Origin: Vairimorpha necatrix
Taxonomy: Eukaryota
Reading direction: 5' to 3'
Assembly (NCBI GenBank): GCA_036630325.1
Contig: CP142734.1
Span: 992,001 to 1,056,000 of the forward strand
Length of the DNA stretch: 64,000 nt
Shown: in pieces, positions 1-10,884 of the stretch
How the letters are laid out: each line of letters begins with the position of its first letter
Numbering within the stretch: the stretch's first letter is position 1
Program-made: the position numbers and the translations under genes
Notes under the pieces: model-generated
The model's database searches: none
Seen by the model: the letters and a program-made list of their open reading frames with translations, nothing else
Told to the model about the DNA's origin: nothing

Positions 1-840
1 TTTCAATTCTATTTTTATTGTATTATGTTTATCTTTCAGTGAAAATAAAAAAAAATTTACAATATATTGCATAACCAACAAATTTTAACTTTTATATCTT
101 TCATGTAATTTGTACAAATCAAGCCTTTCCGAGAACTTTTACGTAAAATTTAATCAAGTCGATTTTTAAAATTTTTGCATGTTTTAATTCAAAAAAAATG
201 TTATTTTTTATTTACCTGTTTTTACTTTCGTACTAAAACGCTGGTTGCCCATCTTTCTGGACTATATAAATGTTTTTCAAAGTCAAATTTAGATATTTAA
301 CTGCATCTTTGAAGATTAGACGGTTAGAAGTTTTTAACAACTACTTTTTGATGTATTCGTTTGAATATTTTGATAAAACAAAGTACACTAATATTCTAAA
401 TTGCATAGTTTTGAAATAATAACTGAACTCAAATTGTTGTTGCGTACAATTACAAGATGTAATATATCAATGAAAAAAGATTAATTTTATAATAGCAAGA
501 ACTTTGCATTCTCATTTAATAAAGTTAAAAAATTTATTTAAATTAAAGATTTGTCGAGATAATCAATTCATCTTTTAAATTTTTTTTAATATTTATAAAT
601 TTAGATTAAATTTTATATATACGTATTTTCTACCTTAAATTTTTATAAGACAACAAAATCTAAAAAATTTACACTGTTTATTTCAAAACTCTCAAATATT
701 GCTATATTTTTTTTGATGTTGAAGTTTAAAAATAATTTAAACACATTTGTCTTTTTTAAAACCATTATTTTTCATAATATTTTGAAGTATATTACATTAT
801 AACTTTACAAAAATGCTCATGTAATTTTTTTACATATACT

Positions 841-1362
841 TTATTCACTATTATTTTGTAAAGTATTATAATACGCTATAGTACTATGTAACAATGATTC
901 TCCTCTACTAGTATACTTTTTAAACACATAAGAATTAACTCTACTCATAATTTCCTCTCTATTTACACTTTCACTTATTTTTTTAAATTCTTCACAACTT
1001 GATTTTTCATATCCAACAAGTGACAATAAAGGTTTATCACTCAGATTTGTAAAATACTTTTTGGCGAATTCAATTCCTTCTTGTACTTTGTCATTAGATA
1101 TGAAGTCTATAAACGACAACTTAGCCAATTTAACAAATAGCTCGTCTTCACATGACAGAAAATCTTTCATGTATAGGAAGGCGTTATGGGACTCGTTGTT
1201 TTTTATAAAAAATATTAAGTTCCGCCTTGTTGACATGTCGTTTAATACCTCTTTATCTTCTTTGTTGTTAAGAAGAGTAAAAGTGGTTTCTGAACAAGAG
1301 AAATGAAGATGATCTTGGATGATCTTTTTTAAGACTAGTTTGATTTCTTTGTGTTTTTCCAT
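841..1362 (-). CDS. CTLH/CRA-domain protein, GID8/Twa1-like subunit of the GID/CTLH ubiquitin ligase (putative)
   Basis: 173 aa ORF with a CCC motif upstream (gcccttcgctcaaATG). LisH-like start (KIIQDHLHFSCSETTF) and CTLH/CRA-like segment (LFVKLAKLSFIDFI...VQEGIEFAKKYF...LSLVGY), recognised by eye. Confidence 0.6.
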   Translation of the reverse strand: MEKHKEIKLVLKKIIQDHLHFSCSETTFTLLNNKEDKEVLNDMSTRRNLIFFIKNNESHNAFLYMKDFLSCEDELFVKLAKLSFIDFISNDKVQEGIEFAKKYFTNLSDKPLLSLVGYEKSSCEEFKKISESVNREEIMSRVNSYVFKKYTSRGESLLHSTIAYYNTLQNNSE

Positions 1363-1625
1363 TTGAGCGAAGGGCAGTTGAAAGATAAAAAAATATATGA
1401 AAAAATTATAAAAAAATTATTTTTGTTAATTTTATCAATTAAGGTAATTTATAAAAAAAAATATTTGTTTTGTTTTTTTATAGAATATGATCTGTAATGT
1501 AAATATATTCGATAAGATATATTAAAACATTATTGATTTACAGTAATACATTTTTTATACTAGTAATAATTATTAACATTCATTTTATAAAATATTATTT
1601 ACAAATTATTATTAATTATTGTTTA

Positions 1626-2243
1626 TTAAATTACTTTTGATAAATATGTAAATAAACTTCCCCACACTACTTCACAAGCACTCATGTCTTTATTTATATC
1701 GTTTATAGTTACCGCCAGCATAGTTTTGTTTATAGTTTCTATAACATCTTTATATTTTTCTTCGACTTTCTTTTTTAATAGTGCAAATGGTTCCCAAGTA
1801 TATTCTTTGAAATCATTAGGAAGGTTTATTCTCTCAGAAGGCGTTATTAGTAAATTTAAATATTCCTTAACAAACTTATATGATTCATCTTTACTTTCAA
1901 GACATTCTTCAATTCCATTCTTCCTTGAAAATACAAAATTATTCAGCGACAACATAAAATTATCAATTATTATCTTTTTTATTGGTAATTCGTTTTCTAT
2001 CATTTTACTTCTCACGTTAGAATATATTCCAAGTGCTATTAATATGCTTTTGTATTGATCTCTGGTGTATCCTTTTCCCCGTGATTGTAAAGCATCAATT
2101 GCACTGTCAATATTGAGTTTATTGATGTGTTGATCAGTTATTGTTATTGTATTGGTAGACATAAAATAGTGCCAGTATAGAAAAAACATCAGTGACATGC
2201 TGAATGTGCAGACAAATATTAATAACTTGTTTTTATTGTTCAT
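1626..2243 (-). CDS. hypothetical protein with N-terminal transmembrane/signal anchor
   Basis: 205 aa ORF, ccccaatATG start context, hydrophobic stretch LLIFVCTFSMSLMFFLYW. Confidence 0.8.
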   Translation of the reverse strand: MNNKNKLLIFVCTFSMSLMFFLYWHYFMSTNTITITDQHINKLNIDSAIDALQSRGKGYTRDQYKSILIALGIYSNVRSKMIENELPIKKIIIDNFMLSLNNFVFSRKNGIEECLESKDESYKFVKEYLNLLITPSERINLPNDFKEYTWEPFALLKKKVEEKYKDVIETINKTMLAVTINDINKDMSACEVVWGSLFTYLSKVI

Positions 2244-2386
2244 ATTGGGGTATAATATAATAACTAATTTAAATGAAAAATTAAAATTAAAAAAATGATC
2301 AAATAAAACAAAGATGATAAATATTTTGTGTATAAAATTATTTAATTTTGTAAAAATAAATTAAGTCAAACTTTTAATGAACAAAA

Positions 2387-2469
2387 TGGTAACGGTGGGG
2401 ATCGAACCCACGCTATCAATTGATAAATGGATCTTAAGTCCACCGCCTTAACCACTCGGCCACGTTACC
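2387..2469 (-). tRNA. tRNA-Leu(UAA)
   Basis: Reverse complement reads GGTAACG TGGCCGAGTGGTTAAGGC GGTGGA CTTAAGA TCCAT ... GTGGGTTCGATCCCCAC CGTTACC A: paired acceptor stem, D-loop GG, anticodon TAA, long variable arm, TTCGA T-loop, no intron. Confidence 0.93.
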
Positions 2470-3345
2470 TTGTATGTAAGGTATATTTGGAATATGATGG
2501 GCTATATAAATGTTGAATTAATCTTTTTGAACTTACACATCAATAAATTTGCTTATATAGTCAATTTGATTCAAAGATGTTGCAATATGGGGATTGTATT
2601 TCGGTTATATATAGCCATTTTCTAGAAAAATTATTATAGGATAAAATAGTCCATATCAAAAGCAATAAATCCACAAAGACCAGAAAACAAAGTAATTCTA
2701 TTTTTATTTGAAGATTTGCATTTTAATGAAAATTGATTATATGGTAACAAAGTGCATCATATTGGTGATTTTCTAGATTTATTATTCATCTGGTACACTT
2801 TATTAAGAGACTTGTTGTTTGTATAAATAAACATGTAATACAAAAGTCAACATAGTCCTTTTTGGTGTCTCAGAGTTATGATTTTTATAACTGTGCATTT
2901 TGTGCAGCTTATTCCCAACTCAAAAGCATTTTATTTTTTAATATTAGAAGAACGTACATGAATATATAAGTCAATAATATGATGTTTTGTGTCTTAATCT
3001 ATTAAATATGTCTATACGTCTGGTCATTTTTTTCTTCTTTCTGGTATGATATTGTACGCAAAGGTCTTTATTCATAAAGCCTAAAAGATATTTAGGTAAT
3101 GAAGACAGAGATGTTTAAGTTATTTTTAATGATTTCTTTATGGATTAATATTGCATTTTGATTTCCCTGTAATAAATTTCTATTATTAATTCATATAAAA
3201 TCTTATACATCACATGATATATTTATCAGATAAATAAATCAAATTTATTATTTAGTTTTTTACATATTAAATATATATGTTTATATATTTTTTATATATA
3301 GTGTCATTATTAGTAAAAAATATTTTGTAATAAAATTTTTTTTTA

Positions 3346-3817
3346 TTATATTGAGCTTTCATTCCCGTTTAAATTTTTTATCAACTCACTTATTATTTCT
3401 TCATTATCTCTAAGACAGTCTAAAAATTCTATAGTTTCCTTATTAAAAAGTACTAAATCATTTATAAGCCTGTCACTTTGACTTTTAAATAAGTCAAGTT
3501 CTCTATTAAATTCGCGTATGCTATAACTAATACATTCTTCTGTTTCTAATGCATTATCTATGTCTTCTAATGTGATGCCAATATCTTCCGGTGTCTTATT
3601 CTTTAAGTTTACTGGTTCTTTCTTAAGTTTAGATGGTCCTGGTTGTTCCTCATCTTTTTTTGTCTTTTTAAGTTCTATGTTTTTTTTTTGATCGTCTTAT
3701 TTTTTTATCTATCTTTTTTATTTTAGTTATGAGATTAGAACTTAGAACATGTAGGGATTCACAATGTTGGTCTACGTTTATGCTTATTATTGTTGCTATA
3801 AAATATATTATGTTCAT
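3346..3817 (-). pseudogene. frameshifted ~156 aa gene (hydrophobic N-terminus, acidic helical C-terminus), absent from the ORF track
   Basis: ccccaATG at 3817 gives MNIIYFIATIISINVDQHCES... and stops just after an A10 run (T 3680-3689 on +). Removing one A joins it to an open frame ...DEEQPGPSKLKKEPV...KNLNGNESSI* ending at 3346. Confidence 0.7.
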
Positions 3818-4869
3818 TGGGGATATAAAAATAATTTTCATATATATATGATTAAAAAAAAATTTTACAAATTAATAATAAATATGCATACACTTAGTTT
3901 TTTAAAAATTTATTGCAACTAATTTACATATGACATTTGTACTACATAAATATGTCTTTTAAAACCACATGTTTATTTGATCAAAAAATCAATATAAATG
4001 ACATTTACATTAATTAAAATACGACATATTTCCAATAAACCTATTATGCAATATAGAATCTATTGCAATGAAAATTTAATCTCAAAGCAGCCTAGTCATC
4101 GTATGTATAAAATTTTGAAATATAAACTTTGGATTAAGTTCATGCATGAGTTAGTATGGAATTCGGATGCCATTCACCTTTATGAAAAAATTGTATAAAC
4201 AAACAAACAAATTGTTTTTCACAAAAATAAAAAAATATTTTGCATAATGCTAGAGAAAAAAACTGCAAAACAAGTTTTACTTGTTGTGAAGTCATTAGAA
4301 CATTGATTGATTTGCAGTAAGACGTACTATTAGCTTATATTAGTTGTGCCACAACTTGATTTCTCTCGAATTCCCTTTCTATACTGTTTTCTTCTCCCTC
4401 ACAATAAAAATGCATAAATTAACTGCCATCACACGATATTCAATCTCTCCTTACGATTTATAAAATTCTTGTTCAACATTCAGACTTGGCATATAATATA
4501 GATGAGGTTATATTCAGCCTTATATTATATGCATATTTTTATGCACTCCCCTTAGAAAATAGAGATTACTTTTTACATTCACCTTAAAAAATGTAAAATG
4601 TTTTTCAACTTCGCCCATTAAATTTAAATCATATTCTCAATATGAAATTCAAATATCATTCGCTCTACAGAATATGAATTATTCCACCAGATAATCAGAT
4701 ATTTTACTTGATGTCTTCAAATAGAATCTACAAATACTTTTTCTTATAGTCTATACATACCCCATGCCTCTTTTTTTACTTAAATGTATTATCTCCCCTC
4801 TAGAAATTTACTGTATGTTCTCTCATACTTATAGTTTTGCAATCTACATTCGTCTCTTTTTTTTACCCC

Positions 4870-5664
4870 ATGGTTCTTCCCAAAATTGAAGTTAATCAAT
4901 ACGTTGTTTTCAAAAACAATGAAGAATGGCAAGAAGGCCGTATTCTCGACTACACAAATACAAAACAAAAACTCATTTACAAAATCCTTTCTTTCAAGTA
5001 CTACACTGAGGTCGAGTTACATGACCATGTACTGGTCTCCTCGTCTGAGAATATTAAGAAGATTAGTAAATACAATTTAGAATCAGAAATATTAAACAAT
5101 ACTGTTATTAAAGATATAATACAGTATGATAGTGTACAGAAGAGTAAGGGGTTAAGGTATAGTAGTAAGGAGTATCCTTTGAGTAAGATAATAGTTAAGT
5201 TTAGTAGACATTTGGTTGATAATAAGATACACCTTAGTGGTGATGAGATAAATATGAGTATAGAAGGGATTTATGATATTATAAGAGAGATGGAATATAA
5301 TGTCTCGAATAAAAATATCTCTAATAAAGATAATGTTTTTAATAAAGATAATGTCTCTAATAAAGATATTGTCTATAGTAAAGATAATGTCCCCTATAAA
5401 AATCTAGATATATATAATAAAGATGTAGATAGCAATTTGGTAAATAATATTAATAAAAGCACTTTTAGACAGAATATTGATCCTAATATCGACGAAGAAG
5501 GTTTCATTTTAGGACTTAAAGTCTGTTACCTCACTATGAAATATTTCCTTAAACATGAGACATCTCTAGATGTCAAGAACACTGTCTACTCATTCTGCTT
5601 ATATTTCTTAGACTATTTAATAATAAACTCAGAAATTTATTATACCAAGACAGAATATATTTAG
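4870..5664 (+). CDS. MRG15/Eaf3-like protein (N-terminal chromo-barrel/Tudor-knot), putative
   Basis: Start moved from the track's 4837 to ccccATG at 4870. N-terminus VVFKNNEEWQEGRILDY...YKILSF resembles a chromo-barrel; helical C-terminus; internal NKDNV(S/F) repeats. Confidence 0.55.
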   Translation: MVLPKIEVNQYVVFKNNEEWQEGRILDYTNTKQKLIYKILSFKYYTEVELHDHVLVSSSENIKKISKYNLESEILNNTVIKDIIQYDSVQKSKGLRYSSKEYPLSKIIVKFSRHLVDNKIHLSGDEINMSIEGIYDIIREMEYNVSNKNISNKDNVFNKDNVSNKDIVYSKDNVPYKNLDIYNKDVDSNLVNNINKSTFRQNIDPNIDEEGFILGLKVCYLTMKYFLKHETSLDVKNTVYSFCLYFLDYLIINSEIYYTKTEYI

Positions 5665-5706
5665 ATCTGAAACATTTTATAATAAACATTTCCATTTATT
5701 TGAAAC

Positions 5707-6042
5707 ATGTTTTCTTTTCTTAATTTCCTGGGTCTTGTAAAGACCAGAAGATATGTTTATATTAGAAGTATTTTATTGAGACTACCTGTCTTAATATATT
5801 GCGAAATGTGTAGTGCACTAAGTCGGCCTATATTTATAGTAGACTCGTATGATATGGAGATCTGTACATTGGAGATAAACTTTTATACTAGTAGAGAGTT
5901 TTTAGGATGTTATGAGTGTAGGAATAAGATTGATATAAAGAGGTTTATATGTGAGAAGTGTGATAAGACAAGAGATGGGAGTAAATATTGTAGAGGATGT
6001 GGGAGACAAGAGAAATATTATAAGTGTACTAGAATAACATAA
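5707..6042 (+). CDS. Cys-rich zinc-ribbon protein, divergent paralogue of the two MCDPCC genes
   Basis: Four CxxC pairs (CEMC, CYEC, CEKC, CRGC) with the same spacing as 6333-6647 and 7775-8125. Confidence 0.7.
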   Translation: MFSFLNFLGLVKTRRYVYIRSILLRLPVLIYCEMCSALSRPIFIVDSYDMEICTLEINFYTSREFLGCYECRNKIDIKRFICEKCDKTRDGSKYCRGCGRQEKYYKCTRIT

Positions 6043-6112
6043 CAATTCAATGTTTAATAAAGTTTTATATATGTTTCTAAGATTTTATATGTATTATAAA
6101 ACACATATAAAA

Positions 6113-6304
6113 TTAATTAGAAAGATTAAATTAGAATGATTTAAATTAGTAAAGATTTGAATTAGTAAAGATTTAAATTAGAAAGATTTAAATTAGAAAA
6201 GATTTAAATTAGAAAAGATTTAAATTAGTAAAGATTTAATTAGTAAAGATTTAAATTAGAAATATTTAAATTAGTAAAGATTTAATGTATAATAAAGATT
6301 TAAT
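6113..6304. repeat. minisatellite, ~15-16 bp unit (AATTAG[A/T]AAAGATTTA), about 11 copies
   Basis: Directly visible tandem repeats between two convergent genes. Confidence 0.9.
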
Positions 6305-6332
6305 ATGATATATTTTTTCAATATTTATATTT

Positions 6333-6647
6333 TCATGGTGTACCACAGATCATACAGTAGTCCCCTTCAAAAGGTCGAGACACATGACATTCACTACACT
6401 CTTTCTGAATCCTACCTATCTTATTCTTACACCCTTGACAGGCCACATAAGGGTACCCCCTTATACAAGGAATAAGAGGTATAAAACACACCCGGAAAAT
6501 GTACTCATTTTTCCTGTACACAGGTCTGGTGACCTGTGAGCAGTACGGGCAGAATATTTTATCAGGGAGAATAGTATAACCAAAAGGCCTCTGTACGAAT
6601 CTACTCTTAGATTTGTAGTCTACAAATAAGCAACAAGGATCACACAT
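6333..6647 (-). CDS. microsporidian-type zinc-ribbon protein (zinc_ribbon_15-like)
   Basis: MCDPCC start; CPYC...FRVCFIPLIPC...CQGC...CSEC...YCMICG. Confidence 0.8.
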   Translation of the reverse strand: MCDPCCLFVDYKSKSRFVQRPFGYTILPDKIFCPYCSQVTRPVYRKNEYIFRVCFIPLIPCIRGYPYVACQGCKNKIGRIQKECSECHVSRPFEGDYCMICGTP

Positions 6648-7278
6648 GTGTAAAAATGATATTTTGTGTTATTTATAGAGTACTCCTTAAAATTAATCAA
6701 GGTGATATATCAAATTTAATTAAATTTGAGGCGTATATGTACTGATTTTATAAAGAAAAAGTTCAAATACATATTTGTAAGATTTCTATATGTGCGCCTT
6801 TCATTTGAATAAATATTTTGGAATTTACAGAAATATGCCTTTCTTTGATTCTATACTAGAAGTAATATTTCATTTAAGATGTGACCAGACTCCTTCTATT
6901 AAAATATAAGGCAGTAGGTTCTTAAGTTTTAAATGAATCATGTAGGACTTACACCTTTTTTACACATCTTGTAACAGTAGTAATATCGTACTATCAAGTA
7001 TTTAAGATTCTAAGTCCTTGGTTTAGCTTTAAATAGTGTATACTAAACTAGTACAGTTTCTATAGTACGACATGTTTATTACTATGATATTAAATATTTT
7101 CACTTCCTTTAGTATTATGCAATTAGACACTAATAGCTGAAGTACATGAAATAATTATACTTAGATGCCTAAGTAATTTAAACTTCCGATTTTGTCCTCC
7201 TTTGGAATTTAAACATGTACCAATTAATATTCTAGTTGATCAATTACTGTAATCTTGTATGTTCTTCCAATAGCCAAC

Positions 7279-7461
7279 ATATTGCCCCATGTGGGCCTTA
7301 TAGAAATTTTTAAAAATATTGCTTCGTGTGTGTCCTTATAGTTTTAAAATATTGCTCTATATAAGTCTTATAGTAATTTTTCAATATAATGCCCCATGTG
7401 GGCCTAATTAATATTGCTCTATATAAGTCTTATAGTTTTTACATGTTCTGCCCATGGGGTC
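7279..7461. repeat. degenerate ~30-37 bp tandem repeat (ATATTGC-Nx-CTTATAG), about 6 units
   Basis: Two copies of TGCCCCATGTGGGCCT and two of TATTGCTCTATATAAGTCTTATAGT, plus variants. Confidence 0.6.
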
Positions 7462-7774
7462 TCAAATATTTTTTTTAACTCAATTCTATAAATCCAAATA
7501 TATTTCAGACTGTTTTATCATTACAGTCGATATTATAAATTTCGATTTTATTCCGCCTTGGGCCCGTATAAAAATCATTAAAAGACAAGTTCCCTCTCAA
7601 TCCTTGTCTCAAATTAAATTTATATATTTTAAAATACATGCTAGATTTATATGTTATATTCCGTGTTTTTTACGCTATTACAGTGCATTTATAAATAGTG
7701 CATTTATAATACTCAAATATAATTTTTCATATATATCATATATATAATATAATATAATATATATTTTATTCCGT

Positions 7775-8125
7775 TTATTTTATATTTAGACTCCTCGCTT
7801 CTCCTCCTACTTTAGTCCCGCAGTTGGGACAATATTCCCCGTCAAAGGGTCTTGACACATGACATGCCCTACAGGGCTCCCCTCTGATCATGGGGATTTT
7901 AATGTAGCAATTATCACATGCTAAATATGCCTCACTACTCCAGCATGTACACAGGGGAATGAAGCAGAGTTGGAATTTGTAGTCGTCCTTCTTGTATTTG
8001 GCCTTAGTGACCATTGAGCAGTGGGGACAGAGGATCTTGTCTGGGAGATCAGGGAAGCCCGTAGGCTGAGAGATAGATTTAGTAGAGGGAGACCAGCCCA
8101 CGATGAGACAGCAGGGATCGCACAT
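7775..8125 (-). CDS. microsporidian-type zinc-ribbon protein (zinc_ribbon_15-like)
   Basis: MCDPCC start after ccccctggt; clear paralogue of 6333-6647 (LPDKI.CP.CS.VT, CFIPL, CHVSRPF.G.YC). Confidence 0.85.
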   Translation of the reverse strand: MCDPCCLIVGWSPSTKSISQPTGFPDLPDKILCPHCSMVTKAKYKKDDYKFQLCFIPLCTCWSSEAYLACDNCYIKIPMIRGEPCRACHVSRPFDGEYCPNCGTKVGGEARSLNIK

Positions 8126-8322
8126 ACCAGGGGGGACTGGGAAGTATTTAACATTTTAAAGGGGGAACAGTGCAATAAAAGGGGAAATTAAATTAAAATA
8201 GATTTGTATTATATTATATTTGATATATTAAATTTGTTTATTTATACTTATATATTATATCTTATATTACATATTATATATTACATATCTCATATATTAT
8301 ATCTCATATCTTCATCATATTA

Positions 8323-10884
8323 CTACTTATATGTACTGATTAGATATGTTATCTCTTTATTTTGTGCTCCTACATACGCTCCCTCTTTATATCTCACCAT
8401 ACAGTTCACTGGCCCAGTCTTAAATGACCCCACACAGAAGACACTGTCCTCACAGTAGTCCCAGTATCTCAGGGTACCATTTTTAGAGCCAGTGACGAAT
8501 GAGTCCGAGAGGGCGACCCCGCACTTTATCCACGAGGAGTGGGCATTAGGGACAGTCTTGACTATTTCCCCTTCTCTCCATCTCTTTAGGGAGCAGTCCC
8601 TACTGAGACTAAGGAGATCTCCTTTATATTTTATGAGACTATGTACGACATCAAAATGTGGGGGATTTAACAAATAAGCACTACTAACATTAGTACAAGT
8701 ATTAGTATTATTAGTACTACTTGTATTACCATAAATATTACTACTCTTTACATAACTCTGATTACATTGATTATTATTATTACTACTATAATTCTGTTTA
8801 CATTGATTATTATTTGTAGTGTCTATCATCTTGATGGTGTGATCCCTACTACATGTATATATTTTATTATTCTGCTCTTCTATACAGAATATTGTCCCAC
8901 TGTGTATCTTCTCACTCTTAATACTCATATTCCTTATATCTAATACACTCAGACTCCCATCTTCATGTCCAGTGTAAATTAAGTGGCCTCTCTTCATTAT
9001 ACAACTTATCTCATTCCTGTAAGCGTACAGGGGCATGCCTTTAGTCCTGAAATCCACTGTCTTGAGGATCATCCTCGTGGAGTACAAAATGGACTCGTCA
9101 CTGCAGAGGCACTTGATCCCCGCGTCTGAGCACAGGGTGGAGATCTCCCCTGAGGGACTCCGGACTCTGAGGAGATTATCATAGGAGGAGAAGATAAGAT
9201 GATCATTGTAAATTATCATAGAGTGGGGAATATACCCGAGGATCTTGTCTTTTACAACTGTGTCCATGAGGACTCTCTCTTTCCTGGGGGTCCAAAGGGA
9301 AGATTTCTTCTTTGGGGGACTTATATCAAAAGTGACGTGTTTTATTCTTTTCCATGATAATTTATTTTCTATTGTATTTATATCTGTATTTATATCTTTG
9401 TTTGTATTTATTTTATTATAGTCTGTGTTTTTGTCTGTATTTATTTTATTTTCGTCTGTATAAATATAAATCTTATTTTCGTCATTCACCTTATCCCCAT
9501 TTGTCGTATCTCCATCCCCATTCACCTTATCCCCATTCATCTTATCTCCGTCCCCATTCATCTTGTCCATATTTATCTTATCTCCGTCCCTTTTTATCTT
9601 GTCTTGATTTTTTTGGAGTCTCTCATTCTCATTTATTAAGTTCTGTACAAATGGGTGCTTAATTATCATCTGCGCTATATCTTCACTTTTTCCTTCTTCT
9701 TTCTTCCTCTCTATCTCATTCTTCATTCTTCTATTCTCTTTTATTAATTCTTCTACATCTTCACTCTTAATCTTCTTCATTCTCTCTCTTAATATCTGAT
9801 TCTCAGTACTAAGTCTCTGTATCTCTTTCTTTAATTTAATTATTTCATATTTACTTGTATCTACTTCTATATTCTTCTTAATATTCATTTCTATACTAGA
9901 AGCTCTACTAGCATATTTTAATGTATTATTAGTCTCATTTATATCTTTAGATATTGAACTTATACAAGCTATCATTAAGATATGTGTATTTAGACAAGAT
10001 TGTAATATACGAGTAAGTTTACTGTCTCTATAAGGAATATGAGATCTTTTTAAATATAAACTTGAGATGACATTACCAAGGGCTAAGAGACCAGAATTAA
10101 TAGAAATTGATTCTTTGGCTCTTACACCTGTACAAAGAGTCCTTTTAAGTCTCTCTGAACCCGCCAAATCTACGAATGATATTTTACTATACGAAATCAT
10201 ATTAGTAACGACATTTGGTGAGTTCTTATTATTAGTAACGACGATCTTACTATTAGAGATCTCATTTGATGAGTTCTTATTAAAGTTAAAATTCGTTAAT
10301 GTAAAAATGGCATGAGATCTTGATGATTGAGAATTCATATTTGTGGATTTTGTTGTTCTTTCTTGACATCCTTGTCTTAAAAGATTTGTAACTTCTTCTA
10401 AATTATAAACTTCTTTCTCAGTGACTCCTGCTATTATAACATCCCCTTTTGATTCTCTAAGAGACAGAGGAATCTTATGAGAAGAAAGTAAATCAATGAC
10501 TTCTTCATTATAAATTTCTATAAATGAACAAGATATTTTACAATCTTTATTAAATAAATATTCCAAAGATCTAGGAACAATCCCTTTACTACATGAATCT
10601 ATTAAGTCTAGATTGTTTAAAGTGTCATCTTCTATACCCATGGTGTATGTCTTACCAGATCCAGTTTGTCCATATGCTAATATTGTACAATTTTCACCTT
10701 TAAGAAATTTCTCAAGTAAAGGCACTACACTCCCTTCAAATATCTGCTTCTGAGTAGTAGTAATGTGGACTTTATTGAAGAAATACTTTTTAGTACCAAC
10801 TTGGAGAGAATTAGAATTTACTTCTAGAGATGATTCGAGACTTGGTTTTATGCGGATTTCAACATTTATATTTTTATTCTGCAT
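8323..10884 (-). CDS. kinesin with N-terminal motor, coiled coil and C-terminal WD40 repeats (kinesin-4/KIF21-like architecture)
   Basis: P-loop GQTGSGKT, switch I NSQSSRSH, switch II DLAGSE, HIPYRDSKLTRILQ. WD40-like C-terminus (TGHEDGSLSVLD, TCSRDHTIK, TGSKNGTLRYWD). Confidence 0.95.
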   Translation of the reverse strand: MQNKNINVEIRIKPSLESSLEVNSNSLQVGTKKYFFNKVHITTTQKQIFEGSVVPLLEKFLKGENCTILAYGQTGSGKTYTMGIEDDTLNNLDLIDSCSKGIVPRSLEYLFNKDCKISCSFIEIYNEEVIDLLSSHKIPLSLRESKGDVIIAGVTEKEVYNLEEVTNLLRQGCQERTTKSTNMNSQSSRSHAIFTLTNFNFNKNSSNEISNSKIVVTNNKNSPNVVTNMISYSKISFVDLAGSERLKRTLCTGVRAKESISINSGLLALGNVISSLYLKRSHIPYRDSKLTRILQSCLNTHILMIACISSISKDINETNNTLKYASRASSIEMNIKKNIEVDTSKYEIIKLKKEIQRLSTENQILRERMKKIKSEDVEELIKENRRMKNEIERKKEEGKSEDIAQMIIKHPFVQNLINENERLQKNQDKIKRDGDKINMDKMNGDGDKMNGDKVNGDGDTTNGDKVNDENKIYIYTDENKINTDKNTDYNKINTNKDINTDINTIENKLSWKRIKHVTFDISPPKKKSSLWTPRKERVLMDTVVKDKILGYIPHSMIIYNDHLIFSSYDNLLRVRSPSGEISTLCSDAGIKCLCSDESILYSTRMILKTVDFRTKGMPLYAYRNEISCIMKRGHLIYTGHEDGSLSVLDIRNMSIKSEKIHSGTIFCIEEQNNKIYTCSRDHTIKMIDTTNNNQCKQNYSSNNNNQCNQSYVKSSNIYGNTSSTNNTNTCTNVSSAYLLNPPHFDVVHSLIKYKGDLLSLSRDCSLKRWREGEIVKTVPNAHSSWIKCGVALSDSFVTGSKNGTLRYWDYCEDSVFCVGSFKTGPVNCMVRYKEGAYVGAQNKEITYLISTYK

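Noticed and set aside
2530..3200. Possible decayed gene next to the tRNA
   Set aside because: Only short fragments in several frames, with no recognisable family.
9354..9662. Tyr/Leu/His/Pro-rich ORF
   Set aside because: Antisense reading of the kinesin low-complexity repeats.
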